Source: Trichosphaerium sp. ATCC 40318 (lineage: Eukaryota; Protista; Tubulinea). Taken from it: a stretch of DNA of 64,000 bases. The translations under genes and the position numbers were made by a program. The stretch covers positions 124,001-188,000 of the forward strand of contig JALMLS010000231.1 in assembly GCA_038496445.1 (NCBI GenBank), given 5' to 3'. Shown piece by piece: positions 41,030 through 54,100 of this stretch. The stretch's first letter is position 1; each line of letters opens with the position of its first letter. The notes beneath the pieces are model-generated. The model was given only the letters and a program-made list of their open reading frames with translations. It was not told where the DNA came from and made no database searches.

Positions 41030-43281
41030 CTATTGGTAAGTTACATTGCTTTCATAAGGCTCTGTTTTAATAAGTCCTGCATCTTCTAATTGGCCAACAA
41101 TGGTATCAGGACTAATAAGCTAGAAAGAAGAACATAAGCGTTTGACAAAGCCAAAAAAAAAAAAAACAACTTTAACATTCTCCAGGTTCTTGTCTCTGCA
41201 AAAAAACTTGACGATGTGGAGATGATAATACAATGAAGTGATGAATTTACTATTTGTATTTGGGGGAAATAAGAGCGTACTTTGGTTACAATGCATAATT
41301 GTTTTAAGCAGTTTTGAAGAGACTAAGTATGTATTAGCTAGAGTGGTTTTTTGGGTTTGTTTGAACGTACTGCTGGAGATCGTGGAGTGTTTGATGGGTT
41401 CATGACCCATACTCTACATCTATCATAGCATTCTTCTGCTTCAGTTTCATCATCGAATGGAGATGGAGGGCAATCGAATGCTTCACCTTTTTTTCGAAAT
41501 AAGTAAAAAAAGAGAATAATTAATAAAAAGTTTCGTTTGGTACCTTTCATGAGGTATTGGACTTTCTGTTTCTCAGGGTTCTTCTCATCTTTAACGTACT
41601 TGATGAATTTTTCTTCAAGCTAAATTAAAAATCACGTGTCAATACAAACCAGCAAGAGAACAAAACAAGAGAGAAAATGAAAAAAAAATGGGTAAACAAA
41701 AACAATAGAAGAGTTTGCTTCATAACATCTAACGTACCAACCGGTTTAATATTTCATCTGCCTCAATTGGTACTGTTTTGACATGGCAAAACGGTCTGAT
41801 AGAGCTAGCAAGTGCTTTTGTTGTCTTAGGCAACTTATTGCGCTTACTTTGAGTGCGAAGCCATTTCCTCACACGTTTACGAACAAGAGCTTCTGGGCTA
41901 AGCTTACGCCTGTTCTTTTCTTCAGGGTCTACCTCATCAATCTTAAGAGCGGTTTGTTCAGGTTCTTCTACAAGAAACAAGAAGGTAAGAAGGTAAGAAA
42001 CTCTGATTTAGAAATTTTTTTCTTTTTTTTTGTTTTCTGTAAAAGATACGTACTCTGGGCTTGCGCTTCGTTTCCCCATGCTGGTTCGCCCAATGTACTA
42101 GTACTTGGACTGTTCCAATCGTTCGATCGTTGGCTTGCTCGCTTCTTAGATTCTTCTTCGAGGTTTCTGCCTTCATCGTAACTCAGGTCGACACTTTCTA
42201 ACGATAAAGTAAGTAAGGATGAAGAAGGGTTCATTTTGTAACAATAACAGAAAATTAATAATTTAGAGTATAAGACATACCAATGATTTTAAATGGGTTT
42301 ATCCCTGAACGAGCAATAAGATGGATTTTATCAACAGTAAACTCGATTGGTTGCCATGTCCGGTTGAATTCAGCTTTTTTTCTGTCTAAAGCGGCCTACA
42401 CGAAATTAGCACGTTTACGACTAGTTTCCGAAGTTGTTGTTGACAGAGTGCGTGTTTGGTATTTTTTGGATAAGAAAAGTTTTTGTTTTCAAAAAAAGTG
42501 TCAACGAAATGTTCGCTTGCAAGAAAAATCCATACCCGTCCTTGAAATTGTCCAAGAGTGAGATGTCCATGGAAAGTACCATTACCTCTTTCAGATAGAT
42601 CCTTGCAGTTTGGAAATTCACCTTCCAACTCACGTTGAAGCCTAAAAAAAGACGAATCAATACAAGAGAGCACCAAATAGCAAAAGCCATCCAAAAAAAA
42701 ATTCTCTGATTTCACAAAGCCGTTTAAACCACTTTAATAAATTAAATAAAGGTTGAAAATCTCTTTTCCATGCGTAGAATAGACGATTAGATACGTTTAT
42801 TCTTATCCAAGAAATTTCGTTTAACGCAAAAGAATAAAATCAAATTTATCTGGTGTACAGCGAATAGTGCCTATTTTTACCTTGTGAGAATGTTTTTATC
42901 CTGAGGAAGGACTGGCTCCAGGAATAGAGTACAACTGCGCTTGCCATGCTCAAAAAAGCCAAATTCATTAAAAACGACCTTAAATTGAGGGAAATCGCCA
43001 AGTGCTGAGCGCAGTTTGGATGCAGCGTTAGGAAAATCTACACTAAGGTTAAAACAGTCTAGTAGAGTTAAAAGTACCTTTTTCAGGGAGGAATGGGTAC
43101 AAAAGATTGATATCTAGGCCGTTATTAGCGTTTACGTTTTGTAGGTAATCAATTAGCGTTAAAACATACGTGGCATCCATCTTCTAAACGACTTATCGTG
43201 TCTTTGCCTGATAGCTTGAATTTTAGTCCAAACTTCTTGAGGAGGAATAATACAAACAGCAGAGGTGTGTACTTTTGACAT
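41030..43281 (-). CDS. 2H phosphoesterase / 2'-5' RNA ligase-like (LENG9/AKAP7-type) protein with duplicated C-terminal domain
   Basis: MSKVHTSAVCIIPPQEVWTKIQAIRQRHDKSFRRWMPH.INLLYPF; second HxT motif FHGHLTLGQF; WQPIEFTVDKIHLIARSG..PF. Confidence 0.85.
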
Positions 43282-44181
43282 TTAGCGTTTGTAACGGGAG
43301 TAGAGGCGGTTTGGTAGAACTGTGCTATGTTCTGTTCTTGTTCGTGTGGACGGAAATTTGACGTTTTTTCGAATGCTCAAGTCCGTTTTCATGAAAGCCA
43401 GTTGTAGTTTTATTTGAAATCAATATATGCCTACCAATAAGCCGTAAGTCAATGGATTATGGCTTGATGTAGGCAACGTAGTGCCTAAGTTTTTGTCAGA
43501 GCGCTGTATTGAGAGTGGTAAAGTTCTTCACCAACAAATATATCCATCACTATTAGCTTGGCATATTTCTGTATAAAGTGTATGAGTATATGAGAAGTGT
43601 TATTAATAAAAAAATCAACCGTTGTGGGTTGTACCTTGTACTGTTTTTACCTAAGAATAACAAGTATCCTCCGTTTGATTCCCATAATATTCTCGTAAAC
43701 ATAGACTTGTGAAACAATTAATCCGGAAAAAGATGCCGGCCTAGTTAAACCAAGTAGCATGGACGTGAGCATCAACCTTTGATCTAACCAGTTTCTGGTA
43801 CGAGCTGATGCTTAATCTTCAGCAATGAAACACTCAAAATCCTTCAGCGAGACTCGTTTTTCAGTTCTCCATATGGACTCTCTTTAGTTCCTAAGACAAG
43901 TACATGGGAGGACTTACGTACATACAAATCCTCATCGATGGTTTTTTGCATAGGAATACAATTAAATGGAAAATAAATAATCAAGCCTCAATCTTCATGA
44001 AAGTCAACAGTATTCATTTTTCTTATTTTGTTTCTCGGTACGCATTTCATTATGAAATTTCCGCTAGCGGCTTTTACTTCCCTTTGTTGGAATTAGAATA
44101 ATACTGCAAGCATTTTGTTTTAACTTTAAACGCTTTTGTAATTGTTTTGTGTATTAACTTTCGTATTAAGGCCACAACACC

Positions 44182-44757
44182 ATGTCAGGACCTATTACGC
44201 TCATTCAGCTACCCGCAGAGCTCCAAGATTATATGACAAATTTGAGCCAAGACGCATGCAGATGTTGGCCCGCTTTATCAAAAAAAGCAGCTCTTCTAAC
44301 GCGCTTCGATAACAATTTAAACCAAAAAGGCAAATGGGTAAAATGGCAAAACAACTCAAAGCTTCACGAGCAATACATGAGTAATAACCAACTCAATGGC
44401 CAAACGAGAAGATATTATAAAAGTAACAACGTTCGTGGTCCTTCTCTTTACTTTGAATGCTATTACAAGGACGGTAAACGCGAAGGCGAGTATACAAAAT
44501 ACTATGGAAGTGGTAAAGTACACGTTCACTGTTTCTACAAAAACAACAAAAGAGACGGCGCTTGTGAGATGTTTGACTTTAATGGAGCTTGCACACAAAA
44601 CTGTAATTACTCAGAAGGAAGACTACACGGAGAATGCAAAAGATGGCATTCAAACGGCGTATTACGTCAACATTGTTTTTATGAGGATGGTAATATGAAA
44701 GGAGACTGTAAAACATGGAACGAAGAAGGGACACTATTGACACATTGCATGTACTAA
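44182..44757 (+). CDS. intronless MORN-variant (YwqK-like) repeat protein with F-box-like N-terminus
   Basis: About 5 repeats of C.Y..G...G....(Y/W)..NG; N-term LIQLPAELQDYM. Confidence 0.8.
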   Translation: MSGPITLIQLPAELQDYMTNLSQDACRCWPALSKKAALLTRFDNNLNQKGKWVKWQNNSKLHEQYMSNNQLNGQTRRYYKSNNVRGPSLYFECYYKDGKREGEYTKYYGSGKVHVHCFYKNNKRDGACEMFDFNGACTQNCNYSEGRLHGECKRWHSNGVLRQHCFYEDGNMKGDCKTWNEEGTLLTHCMY

Positions 44758-45040
44758 TCTGACACTTGTTTTTTGATCATTACACGTCATCGTATCAGAA
44801 TGCGAACGGGAACACGTCTCACTTCCAAAAGAAATTTTTTTTATCAATAAAGTTTGTAGTTTAGTATCTCTTTCTTACGGTTTGTTTCAACTGATATAGC
44901 TTGCTAACGTTATATAAGGGGATCGTTTATTTTTCTGAGTAGTTTTAGTAGTATTGACGCGTTGTGACAGCGTAAACCATCGCAACAATCAAGACTTTTA
45001 ATGATAAAACTTTTTGCTCAGAAAATCATTTTTTGGGCAG

Positions 45041-46048
45041 TTACTTCTTTGCGTATACTTCGGGTTTGAGCTCTCCTACGTAAGGAAGTGTACGCAATTG
45101 CTCTGCATAATCGAGACTATAAGACAAAGTGTTAGAAGGCGAGGGAAATGTACAAAAAAATAAATTGTTTAAAAAAGAGGAGAAATCGTCAAAACAACGC
45201 CGTACCCGTATCCAACCAAGAAAGCATCAGCTGGGATTTCAAAACCAACGTATTTTACTTCAACAGCAACCTTTGGGCTTGGTTTGCGGGAGAGTACGCA
45301 TACCTACAATCGATTTTTAGGAAAAAAAATCCAATAACAAAAAAACTACGACTGATCACACTGTACGAACCTCTAAACTTTTTGGGTTTCTACCACCAAG
45401 TAATTCAAGCAAATACTTAAGTGTCAGACCTACAAATACCTTTTTAGTTTTCTGAAAAATACAAAACGTTTACGTAGTTGTTGCTGGATTTAAAACTAAG
45501 GCTAGAAACGCGTACCGGAATCAATAACGTCTTCAACAATCAACACGTGTTTGTTTTCAATGTTTGTTCTCAAATCCATTACAATTTTAACAATACCCTA
45601 CGTAACCCTGTCAGCTTTTGCTGGAAGCGACAAACTCCTTTTTTGGCCCGTTTGGAATAATTTTTATGTACCGAGGTTTTTGTTCCCTTGCCGTAGCTGG
45701 AAATGGACATAAAGTCTACGCTGTGAGGAATCTATGCTTGGTTAGTTTAAACTACAGCGATAAAAATGCGTACAGTTAGCTCTCGCGTTAGATCCGCGCA
45801 AAAAATGAAAGCTCCCTTCAATATTGCTACTACTACAAGTGGTTCTCCATCAGTGTAGTCAGCATTAATGCGAGTGGCCAAGGATTTTACTTTTGCCTTA
45901 ATTTCCTCCTCTAGCATTATTTCAGCTTAATAATGTGCTAAAACTTACCTGATAGCACTACTTTATCGATCCATTTGTGAATAACTCTTTTGTTTGATGT
46001 TTCTAGAAAATGTTACAATTGTGCGGACGTAGTCATAATACCTGTCAT
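45041..46048 (-). CDS. HPRT: hypoxanthine(-guanine) phosphoribosyltransferase
   Basis: [33 protein letters not shown] motif [42 protein letters not shown]. Confidence 0.95.
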
Positions 46049-46262
46049 TTTTTGGTAGTCGCTGTTTACGTAGTGAGTCAAACACAAAAGATTGGCGAGA
46101 AGTACTCTGACTTTTTCTAAACGTTCGAAAACGCTTGAAGCTACATCTCCTTGGTGCAGCAGACGCCCAGCAAAGGCACAAGAGAACGTTAGCTCTGCGG
46201 ACGTTGAAAAGGCCGTAAAGCTCCAACTCATCACCCCTGGATGGGGTAGTAATAACAGTTGA

Positions 46263-49200
46263 ATGGTAAGCAGATTTGGATTTACGAAAAATAATTACCG
46301 TTTATGAATTATCCTTACGATATATAGGGCGTGAAAGAGAGTAAAGAGAGTAAAGTCGACGCTAGTAACACAAAGAAACAAAATACTGCTTCTCCTTTAA
46401 AGAGAGTACTCAGCCCTCGCTCTCCACGCGTTGTACGATCTTATGGATCATATGTTTTAACTAACAAGGCACAGGAAGAAATTCAAGAACCGGAATCAAA
46501 GATACTAGACGCTTTACCCAAAGTACGCACAATGTAGTTGTTCTTGAGTCTAAATAATCATTCAAGGCTTTGCCTATTTATTACAACAAGAAAGTAGCAA
46601 AAGTACTTTGGTTGAATCGTCCAGATGTGGCTAAGATTAGAAAAACACAACAAAGTACGTACAAACAAAGCGAAATAAACGGAAAGAAAAAACAAAAAAA
46701 AAAACCTTGTTTTCCCAAAGAGTTGATTTTCGTTTAAAACAAACGGAGCGAGTACAATGCGCTTGCATTGTTTTAAATAATGCGATATCAATTCGCCTCT
46801 TCGCGTCACGATTGCGTGAGCTTTTTCTTTTTTGTTCCCTTTTTCTTCGATCTGCTTTCTACTACATTCACTAAATACTGCATTGTGTACTACTTCATTT
46901 GATGGTATTTTGGAACCAAACGCCAAACACCAAAACGGAATTAAAACAAAACATCAAAATTGATCGTTTTCCTGTTGGTTATACTAATACTGAATAAGGT
47001 GTGGGTGAGTGTGATCCTGAAGCTCAACTTAAATTATTACGTCAACTTAAAGAAACAGTAAATGAGAGCAGCTTGCGTATAGATGCGAAGCAGGTAAGCT
47101 AAAAGACAAAGAAAAAATATGGAGAAAAAGATCTTTCTGATTCTTTGGTTTCTTGTTTTGTTCGTTTTTATTCATTTATTTCTTGTTTAGTCCAACATCA
47201 ATGCAAAGATGACTACAGTAAGACCTACATTCTTGCGTGTATTTAGGTCATTGGGTCATTGGGGTTCGGAGATTGGAAAGTTTGAAGTTGAAATGCTTCA
47301 AGGTATTTTTTTCTGTTTCTGTTCCAAAAAAAACCTCACCATCCAAACGTCGATGAACCTATGAATTGTAATTTTTTAGTGTTCATTTCACGTAACACTA
47401 GATTCATTGGGTTTATTTTATGGTCAAAAAACAATCTTTTTTTTTTTAATTTGATTTTTGTTTTGTTTTTCCTCTCTTCTTGCGTTTCTTTAACTAGATA
47501 ATTTAGTGCATGATATTGCTGAACAGATAAACAAGACTCGTCGTACTATGGCTGATATTGTTTTCTTTACAGAGAGACTATTATCCCAACTTCCAAGTGA
47601 TTGCTTGGATGGTTTGGACTTTCCATTTCAAACAGGAGTTAATTCAAAGGTAGTGCTTAAATATTTCTTTATCCTCTTTGTTTATTCTCTATGGTTGCTC
47701 ACGTGATTTTTTAAGAGTATTATATTGAATTCAGAGTTACAACTCCTTGAACAAGAACGCGCTCAATTACGTGCAAAGACAAACCAGCTTGAGTCTTATA
47801 AGACAGTTGTACAAGAACTACAAGCTAAAATGCAAGATCTTACAGCTAAAGTTGCTAATACACGCACTGTGCGACGTAGAAAAAAGGTACTTAATTTGAC
47901 ATTTAATTAAATGACTTTCCGTAACGTCAACCTCCTTTCAATGTGATCATAGTTGCGTGGATATTAACTGTAATTTTTTCGTTAGGGAAGTGGTAATGAA
48001 GCAGCAGAAGAAGAATATGAAGAGGAAGAAGAAATTTATGAGCAAACGGATGAACAAAAAGAAAATGCAGAGGAAGCTAAAGCACTATTATGGAAGCCAG
48101 CTACACATTATATGCTACCTGATCCTTCAAAAGTTGTTGGTAAAGTACGTAACCACGCACCTAAAAAACTTCGTTTTGTTTGCCGATTACAGCCCACGTG
48201 TTAATTTTTTTTCGTTCGTTTTTTTAATACCTTAAATAGGGTGGTGCTTCTGGTGGTGCTATTGCTGAATTAAAAAAGAGGCAAGGTGCCGATTTCTTTA
48301 AAGATCGTATTGAAGAAATGGATGAGCTTCTCCCTGTTTTTGAAAAGCTTTTAGCTGAAGCAGACAGTGCGTTTTAATATATTGTGACTAACAGTTCTTA
48401 TTATTAACAATACTTATAGAATTAAAGAAGCCTGATGTTCCTGTGTTCGACTTGAATAGGAGAGATCTTTCTCCAGGTGGTATAGGACCTGCAGGAGGAC
48501 CACCACCACCACCACCACCTCCTCCAGGTATGGGCGGCCCTCCACCGCCTCCACCACCTCCAGGCATGGGTGGACCGCCTGGCCCTCCACCGCCTCCACC
48601 CCCACCCCCAGGTATGGGTGGGCCTCCACCGCTTCCACCACCTCCACCATTACCGGGTGGTGCTCCACCACCACCACCATTACCTGGTGGTGCTCCACCT
48701 CCTCCGCCACCTCCAGGCATGGCCGGTGTTGTTGGTGTACATTCATCTGGACCACACTCACCACCTGCTTTACGAGTTCGTGTATTGCCAGAAACTGTTA
48801 AAAAGAAGTTATCCAAAGAGGCGAAGCATGGATTAGCAGCAGCAGAACTAATGACTAAAGTCATTGCTACTGCTAAACTCGTTTCTGATATAACGTTTCA
48901 TCCTACAAATAAACCTCCACGGAAGCTTCAAGTTCATGAACTAGCTGAATGTGCGAGGCTATTCAAGGAGAGAGCACCAGTTCGTTTAAAAGAATTGAAG
49001 GCTGAGTTTGCTGAAGCTGACAAGAAGAAGAAATCAACACCAGCGCTCTTCACAAGGAAGAAAAAAGCTAATCCTTACATGGCACATATCAAGACGTATG
49101 AACGTTCAAAGGAGCTTGCAGATCGTCTTCATAGGCGTCTAAAGCGTAGTCATAAAGATCATAGCTTGGCTCAGGTTTTACATAACAGAGAGCTTAGTAA

Positions 49201-52200
49201 AGTTCAACTTGACATTGGCGATTTAGCTGCTATGGAAAAACATACTGAAGCTATTCAAACAAGTAAAGAAGAGCTTGATCGTAAGACACAGGCTATTGTT
49301 GATTATGAAAAGAAGATTAGAAAGACAGAGGAGAAGCTAAAAAAGAGTTATGAGGCATTAGTTAAATACTCTGGTATGCCTGAAGCAAGCTTCTCTCATA
49401 TGAAAAAACGTGTTCTTGAGCTTGTTGAGATCGATAGAATAGCTGCTGAGAAGGCAGATGAGGAAAAGAAGAAGCAGATTGCTATAGATATAAAGGAGGG
49501 TAGACGTACTCCTGATGGTAAACTGATTCGTAAACATCATCGTATTGACGATGAAGATGGAAACCGTCTTGGTTCTAAATCAAGTTTATTCGGTTTCAAA
49601 CAACGTAAAAGACGTAGTAATACTACCAATGATAGACCTAAGGAAGGCATGTTTGGTATTGATCTACGTAAAGTACTACGTCCTCGAAGAAAGGTACAAA
49701 CCAGCTTTTTTTTCTCTTTTCTCTGAATCTATTTTTTTTTCCGTGTTGTTTGTTCGCTTTACTTACTTTTATCCCTTTTTAGACACCTCAACAGAACGCT
49801 CTTAATAAAATCGGCGGTATTGTCAACTTTGCGAGAGGTAGAAAGAAGTCTCCAATTGATTTTGGTGCCTCCAAAATTCACCAAGCTGTTTTTGCTGCCA
49901 AGTCCGCAAGGATGACAGATGAAGAACGTGCAATTGCTGAAGAAGAGCGTAAGATTGCTGAACTTGAATCACGTTTATCCGCACGTGCTTCTGGTAAGCT
50001 TGGGGAGGATAGTGAACTACTTGATGAAGAGAGAGAAATAGCAGAAATGGAAGCCAAACTCAAAGCAATGATGGGTGGTGAGGATCCTGAACTCGCTGCT
50101 GAAGAAGCTGAGATTGCTCGTATGGAAAAACAGCTTGCTCTCGAAGGTGGTACTATGACCGAAGAAGAGAAAGAAATTGCAAAAATGGAAGCTGAGATTG
50201 CAGCTGAAGAAGCTTTATTAGCAGAAGAGCTCGCTATTGCCAAGATGGAAGCTGAACTTAAAGAAGCACTATTGAAGGCTGAAGAAGAAGAAGTTGCCAA
50301 GATGGAGGCCGAACTTAAGCGCCAGATGCTCATTAGCGCTGGTGTTGATGTAGTTTCACTTGAAGAGGAAGAGAGACAAATAGCTGAACAAGAACGTATG
50401 ATGGCATTAATGTCAGGTGCAACTATTGGTGACGATAGTGATGACGATGATGACGAAGATGAGCTTGAGATAGCAAGACTTGAAGCTGCTCTTATGGCTA
50501 GCGAAAATAGCTTATCATTAGATGACTTAGATGAAGCTGAAGCCTTACGTCTGCTCCAAGAACAAAGGTATTTTCTTTCTTCTTTTTTTCTTTTTCTTTC
50601 GAAGCTTGAGTTTTGGTTGTTAACTCCTTTTGTTAGTCGTCGTACACAGTCTGCTTTATTAGATGAAGTAGATGTAAATGATCCAGCGTATCTTGCTCTT
50701 AAAGAGGATGAGCGTAAACTTCAAGAAGAAGAGCGCATGTTTGAATTAATGCAAAGAAGACTTAACGGTGAAGACATTGATGATGAAGATGATGATGAAC
50801 TTGATGAAGATGAACGTGAAATCGCTGAAATGGAAGCTGCATTGGCTAAACTCGATAGCGGTGCTTTAGATGGTGCATCTTCAATAGAACAAGAGAAGCT
50901 AGAAATAGCGCGTATGGAAGAACAATTACGCCTTCTCTCTGCAGGTGATGATATCACAAAGGATCCTGAGGTTCTTGCTCTTGAGAAAGAAGAACGTGAG
51001 ATTGCTTTAATGGAAGAACAACTTCGTATTGCATCTACAGGTGGATCCCTTAGTATTGGAGAGAAAACCGCAGAAATACTTGCACTTGAAGCTGAAGAAG
51101 CTGAGATTGCTCGTATGGAAAAACAACTTCTTCTTGCTTCTGCTGGAGAGAAAGATGCTGAGATACTTGCACTTGAAGCTGAAGAGGCTGAGATCGCTCT
51201 TATGGAGAAACAGCTTCTTCTCGCTGCTGGTGGTAGTATTGAAAAAGATGCTGCTACTCTTGAACTTGAACGAGAAGAACAAGAGCTTGCAGAGATGGAA
51301 GCAGCTCTACTTCAGATGAATAGCAATGGATCACTTCCAATCATAGATAATGAAGAACGTGAACTTGCTGAAATGGAAGCCACCTTAGCTCGAATGTCTG
51401 GCGGTCCAGTACTACTACCTGAAGACTTGGCTCTTGCAGATGTACGTGAACTTCTTCTATTTTTAGGTTCTTCCTTGTTGAAAGCTTGGATTGACTTGAG
51501 TCTTTTAGGAAGAGCGAGAGATAGCTCGTATGGAAGCAGAGTTAAGACAAATGAGCGCTGATCAAGGTGTTCAGAAGTCTCTTCAAGAGTTAGAACTTGA
51601 AGCTGAGGAAGCAGAGATTGCACGCATGGAAGAACAACTGCGGCTTGCTGCTACTACTGCTACTGAAGAACAAAGTGCAGCAGCACTTGCACTTGAAGCT
51701 GAAGAAGCAGAGATAGCTCTTATGGAACAGCAGCTTCTTCAAGCTTCTGGAAGCGGTAGTGTTGGGGAGAAAACTGCTGAAATGCTCGCACTTGAAGCTG
51801 AAGAGGCGGAGATTGCTCTTATGGAGAAACAACTTCTTCTAGGTGGTAATGTTGAAAAAGATGCTGCTACTCTTGAACTTGAACGAGAAGAACGAGAGAT
51901 TGCAGAGATGGAAGCAGCTCTGCTACTCCAGATGGGCGGTGGTAGTGCTAATGAAGAGGAAAATGGTGATACTACAGACACAGAGGGCGGTGAGATCCGC
52001 CATGCTTCTAGCGGTAGTATGACGCCTGATGATGTTGAAGCTGCTCTTGATCTTGAGAGAGAAGAACGTGAGATTGCTGAAATGGAGGCTCAGTTGCTAC
52101 AGTTCAAGGATAGTACTATCACAAAAGAAGACGTTGAAGGGCTTGACTATGCAGAAGCTCTTGCTCTTGAAGCTGAGGAAGCAGAGATCGCTCGCATGGA

Positions 52201-53291
52201 AGAACAACTTCTTCTTGCTTCTGGTGGTATAGCCGCTGAAGAAAAAGATGAACAGACACTTGCTCTTGAAGCTGAAGAAGCTGAGATTGCTCGTATGGAG
52301 CAAGAACTTCTTCTAGCTGCTGCTGGCGCTGGTGAAGAAAAAACTGCAGAAATGCTTGTGCTTGAAGCCGAAGAAGCCGAGATTGCTCGTATGGAACAAG
52401 AACTTCTCAGTGCTTCTACAACGGAATCTCCTGAGCTCTCAGCGTTAGAAGCAGAAGAAGCTGAGCTTAAGGCTATGGAAGCTCAAATGCTTTTAATGTC
52501 AAATGCTGGTACCAAAGATCCCTCAGACGTTACTTCTGAAACATACACGGAAGAAACTGATGGTATGTCAAAAAACCTTTAGTCAACATTGTTCTCTTCG
52601 TTTTTTTAGTACTAACTCCTCTTGTCTAGTTCATAAGCTACTGAAAGAACAAAGCGAATTGAATAAAGAAGAAAGTGATATTGCCGACATGGAGGCTCAA
52701 TTGCTCGCCATGCAATCCGGTAATGTTAAGAAAGACGAAAACATTGTTACCATTCCTCAAGAAGGTAATGAACAAAGTGACGTCTCATTTGATCATCTTG
52801 ATGATCATGAAGATTCTTTACAGTCTGTAGATAGTCTTGACATACTATCTAAAGAAGAGGATATGCTTCAGATAGAACATGAGGCTGCCTTAGCTTCTGA
52901 AGAAGCTGAGATTGCAAGAATGGAAGCAATGTTAGCTAAAATGTCCGGATCATCCGACCTCCCAGTAACGTCTCCGTCTCCTGTGGTTGACTCACAGGAC
53001 AATTTTATGGATGGTGACATAATAAATGAGGCATCTGATAATGATGCTTCTAAACTACATCACTCAGTACCTGAGGAAGCTTCTTTGGATCAAAAAGAAG
53101 ATGATAGTGATGAAGAAAAAAATCCAGTTTTGGTTTTAGACAGATCGTCAGAAATGGACGCTGTTTTGAGCCATGCGATGTTAGGAGATTCTTCTGGTGT
53201 TAAGCGTCTGTTAAAAGATGATATACCAATTGAATCACGTGAAAGCGACACTGAGTTGTCGTCCCAAACGTCGACAAGTAATGAAGAGTGA
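46263..53291 (+). CDS. very large protein: N-myristoylation motif, coiled coils, FH1-like polyproline tract, ~30 acidic helical repeats
   Basis: ATG micro-exon (46263-46265) splices to give MGVKESK. Polyproline 48490-48720. Repeats LEAEEAEIARMEEQL in 49912-52940. In-frame introns interrupt the large ORFs. Confidence 0.7.
48490..48722 (+). repeat. coding polyproline repeats (G-M/L-G-G-P7-9)
   Basis: Tandem CCA/CCT/CCG runs separated by GGT ATG GGT GG or CCG GGT GGT GCT. Confidence 0.95.
49912..52940 (+). repeat. coding imperfect tandem repeats encoding (A/E)LE(A/R)EE(A/R)EIA(R/E/L)ME(E/K/A)QL
   Basis: Recurring nucleotide unit CTTGAAGCTGAAGAAGCTGAGATTGCTCGTATGGA. Block GAAAAAGATGCTGCTACTCTTGAACTTGAACGAGAAGAAC present at ~51241 and ~51854. 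Confidence 0.95.
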
Positions 53292-54100
53292 GAGAAAAGG
53301 TAATTTTTTGTTTTCACTTTTTTTTTTCTTTCTTACGGCACAAAACAATCAAATAGTGTTTGATTTTGATCGTGTAATCTCTTTACAGTGTTTTTGCATA
53401 CTTTTCAAAAATGTCTGTTTGTCAACAAGTCTAGAAATACTTGTTCTTTTTCGGTTTTCCTAATATATTCTTATTTTTCACAAATTCTTTTTATCTTCGT
53501 TACCTCCCTTATGTACTCTCTAACTCTTTTTTCTCAGGTTCTTATTAAAACCTTGATATCAAATACTTCTTGTAATTAGTATAAGTGAAAAAAAAAATGT
53601 TGTAAATGATTAGAATCGTGAAATGTAATCTGTAAAAATAAATTTGTTTATTTCTTATTATCAAAAAAACCCTCCATTGGACAAGTCGTTTTAATAGTGT
53701 AGTATGACGATATTCAGTCAACGGGTTCTGTGAGTCCTGTAACGCCTTACGTATATATATACTAGTAGAGCTAACTCACACGTACCACTCCTCTTGTTAT
53801 ATCCTCTCCGTTACAAATAACTTAGTTTTACACTGGAGAGAACTAAATCTGATAGTCACGTGATGTAAATCGTTTAATGGCGTTTCATTTTTACGAGATT
53901 TCAGATGATCTATCATAGACGCTACAAAAGACAGACGCAGTATGGCAGAGGTACTGGGTTTAGCTCGGTTTACATTTCACAGAAGCCGGAATATTCCCGA
54001 CTAAAAGAGAAGAACCGTTCGGATTACCTTCCTTTTTTAGAAACTGTTCCGTCTTGCTGACTTGGCAAACACTTGATCATTATCTCAAACTATACCTCCA

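Noticed and set aside
48443-49726. Formin or WASP/WAVE call
   Set aside because: No FH2 motifs or VCA terminal Trp-acidic motif follow the polyproline tract.
48388-51981. Antisense ORFs (Gly-rich, Ser-rich) in the ORF track
   Set aside because: Shadows of repetitive plus-strand coding sequence.
49912-52940. Repeats as ubiquitin-interacting motifs
   Set aside because: The UIM A-x-x-x-S spacing is not conserved across copies.
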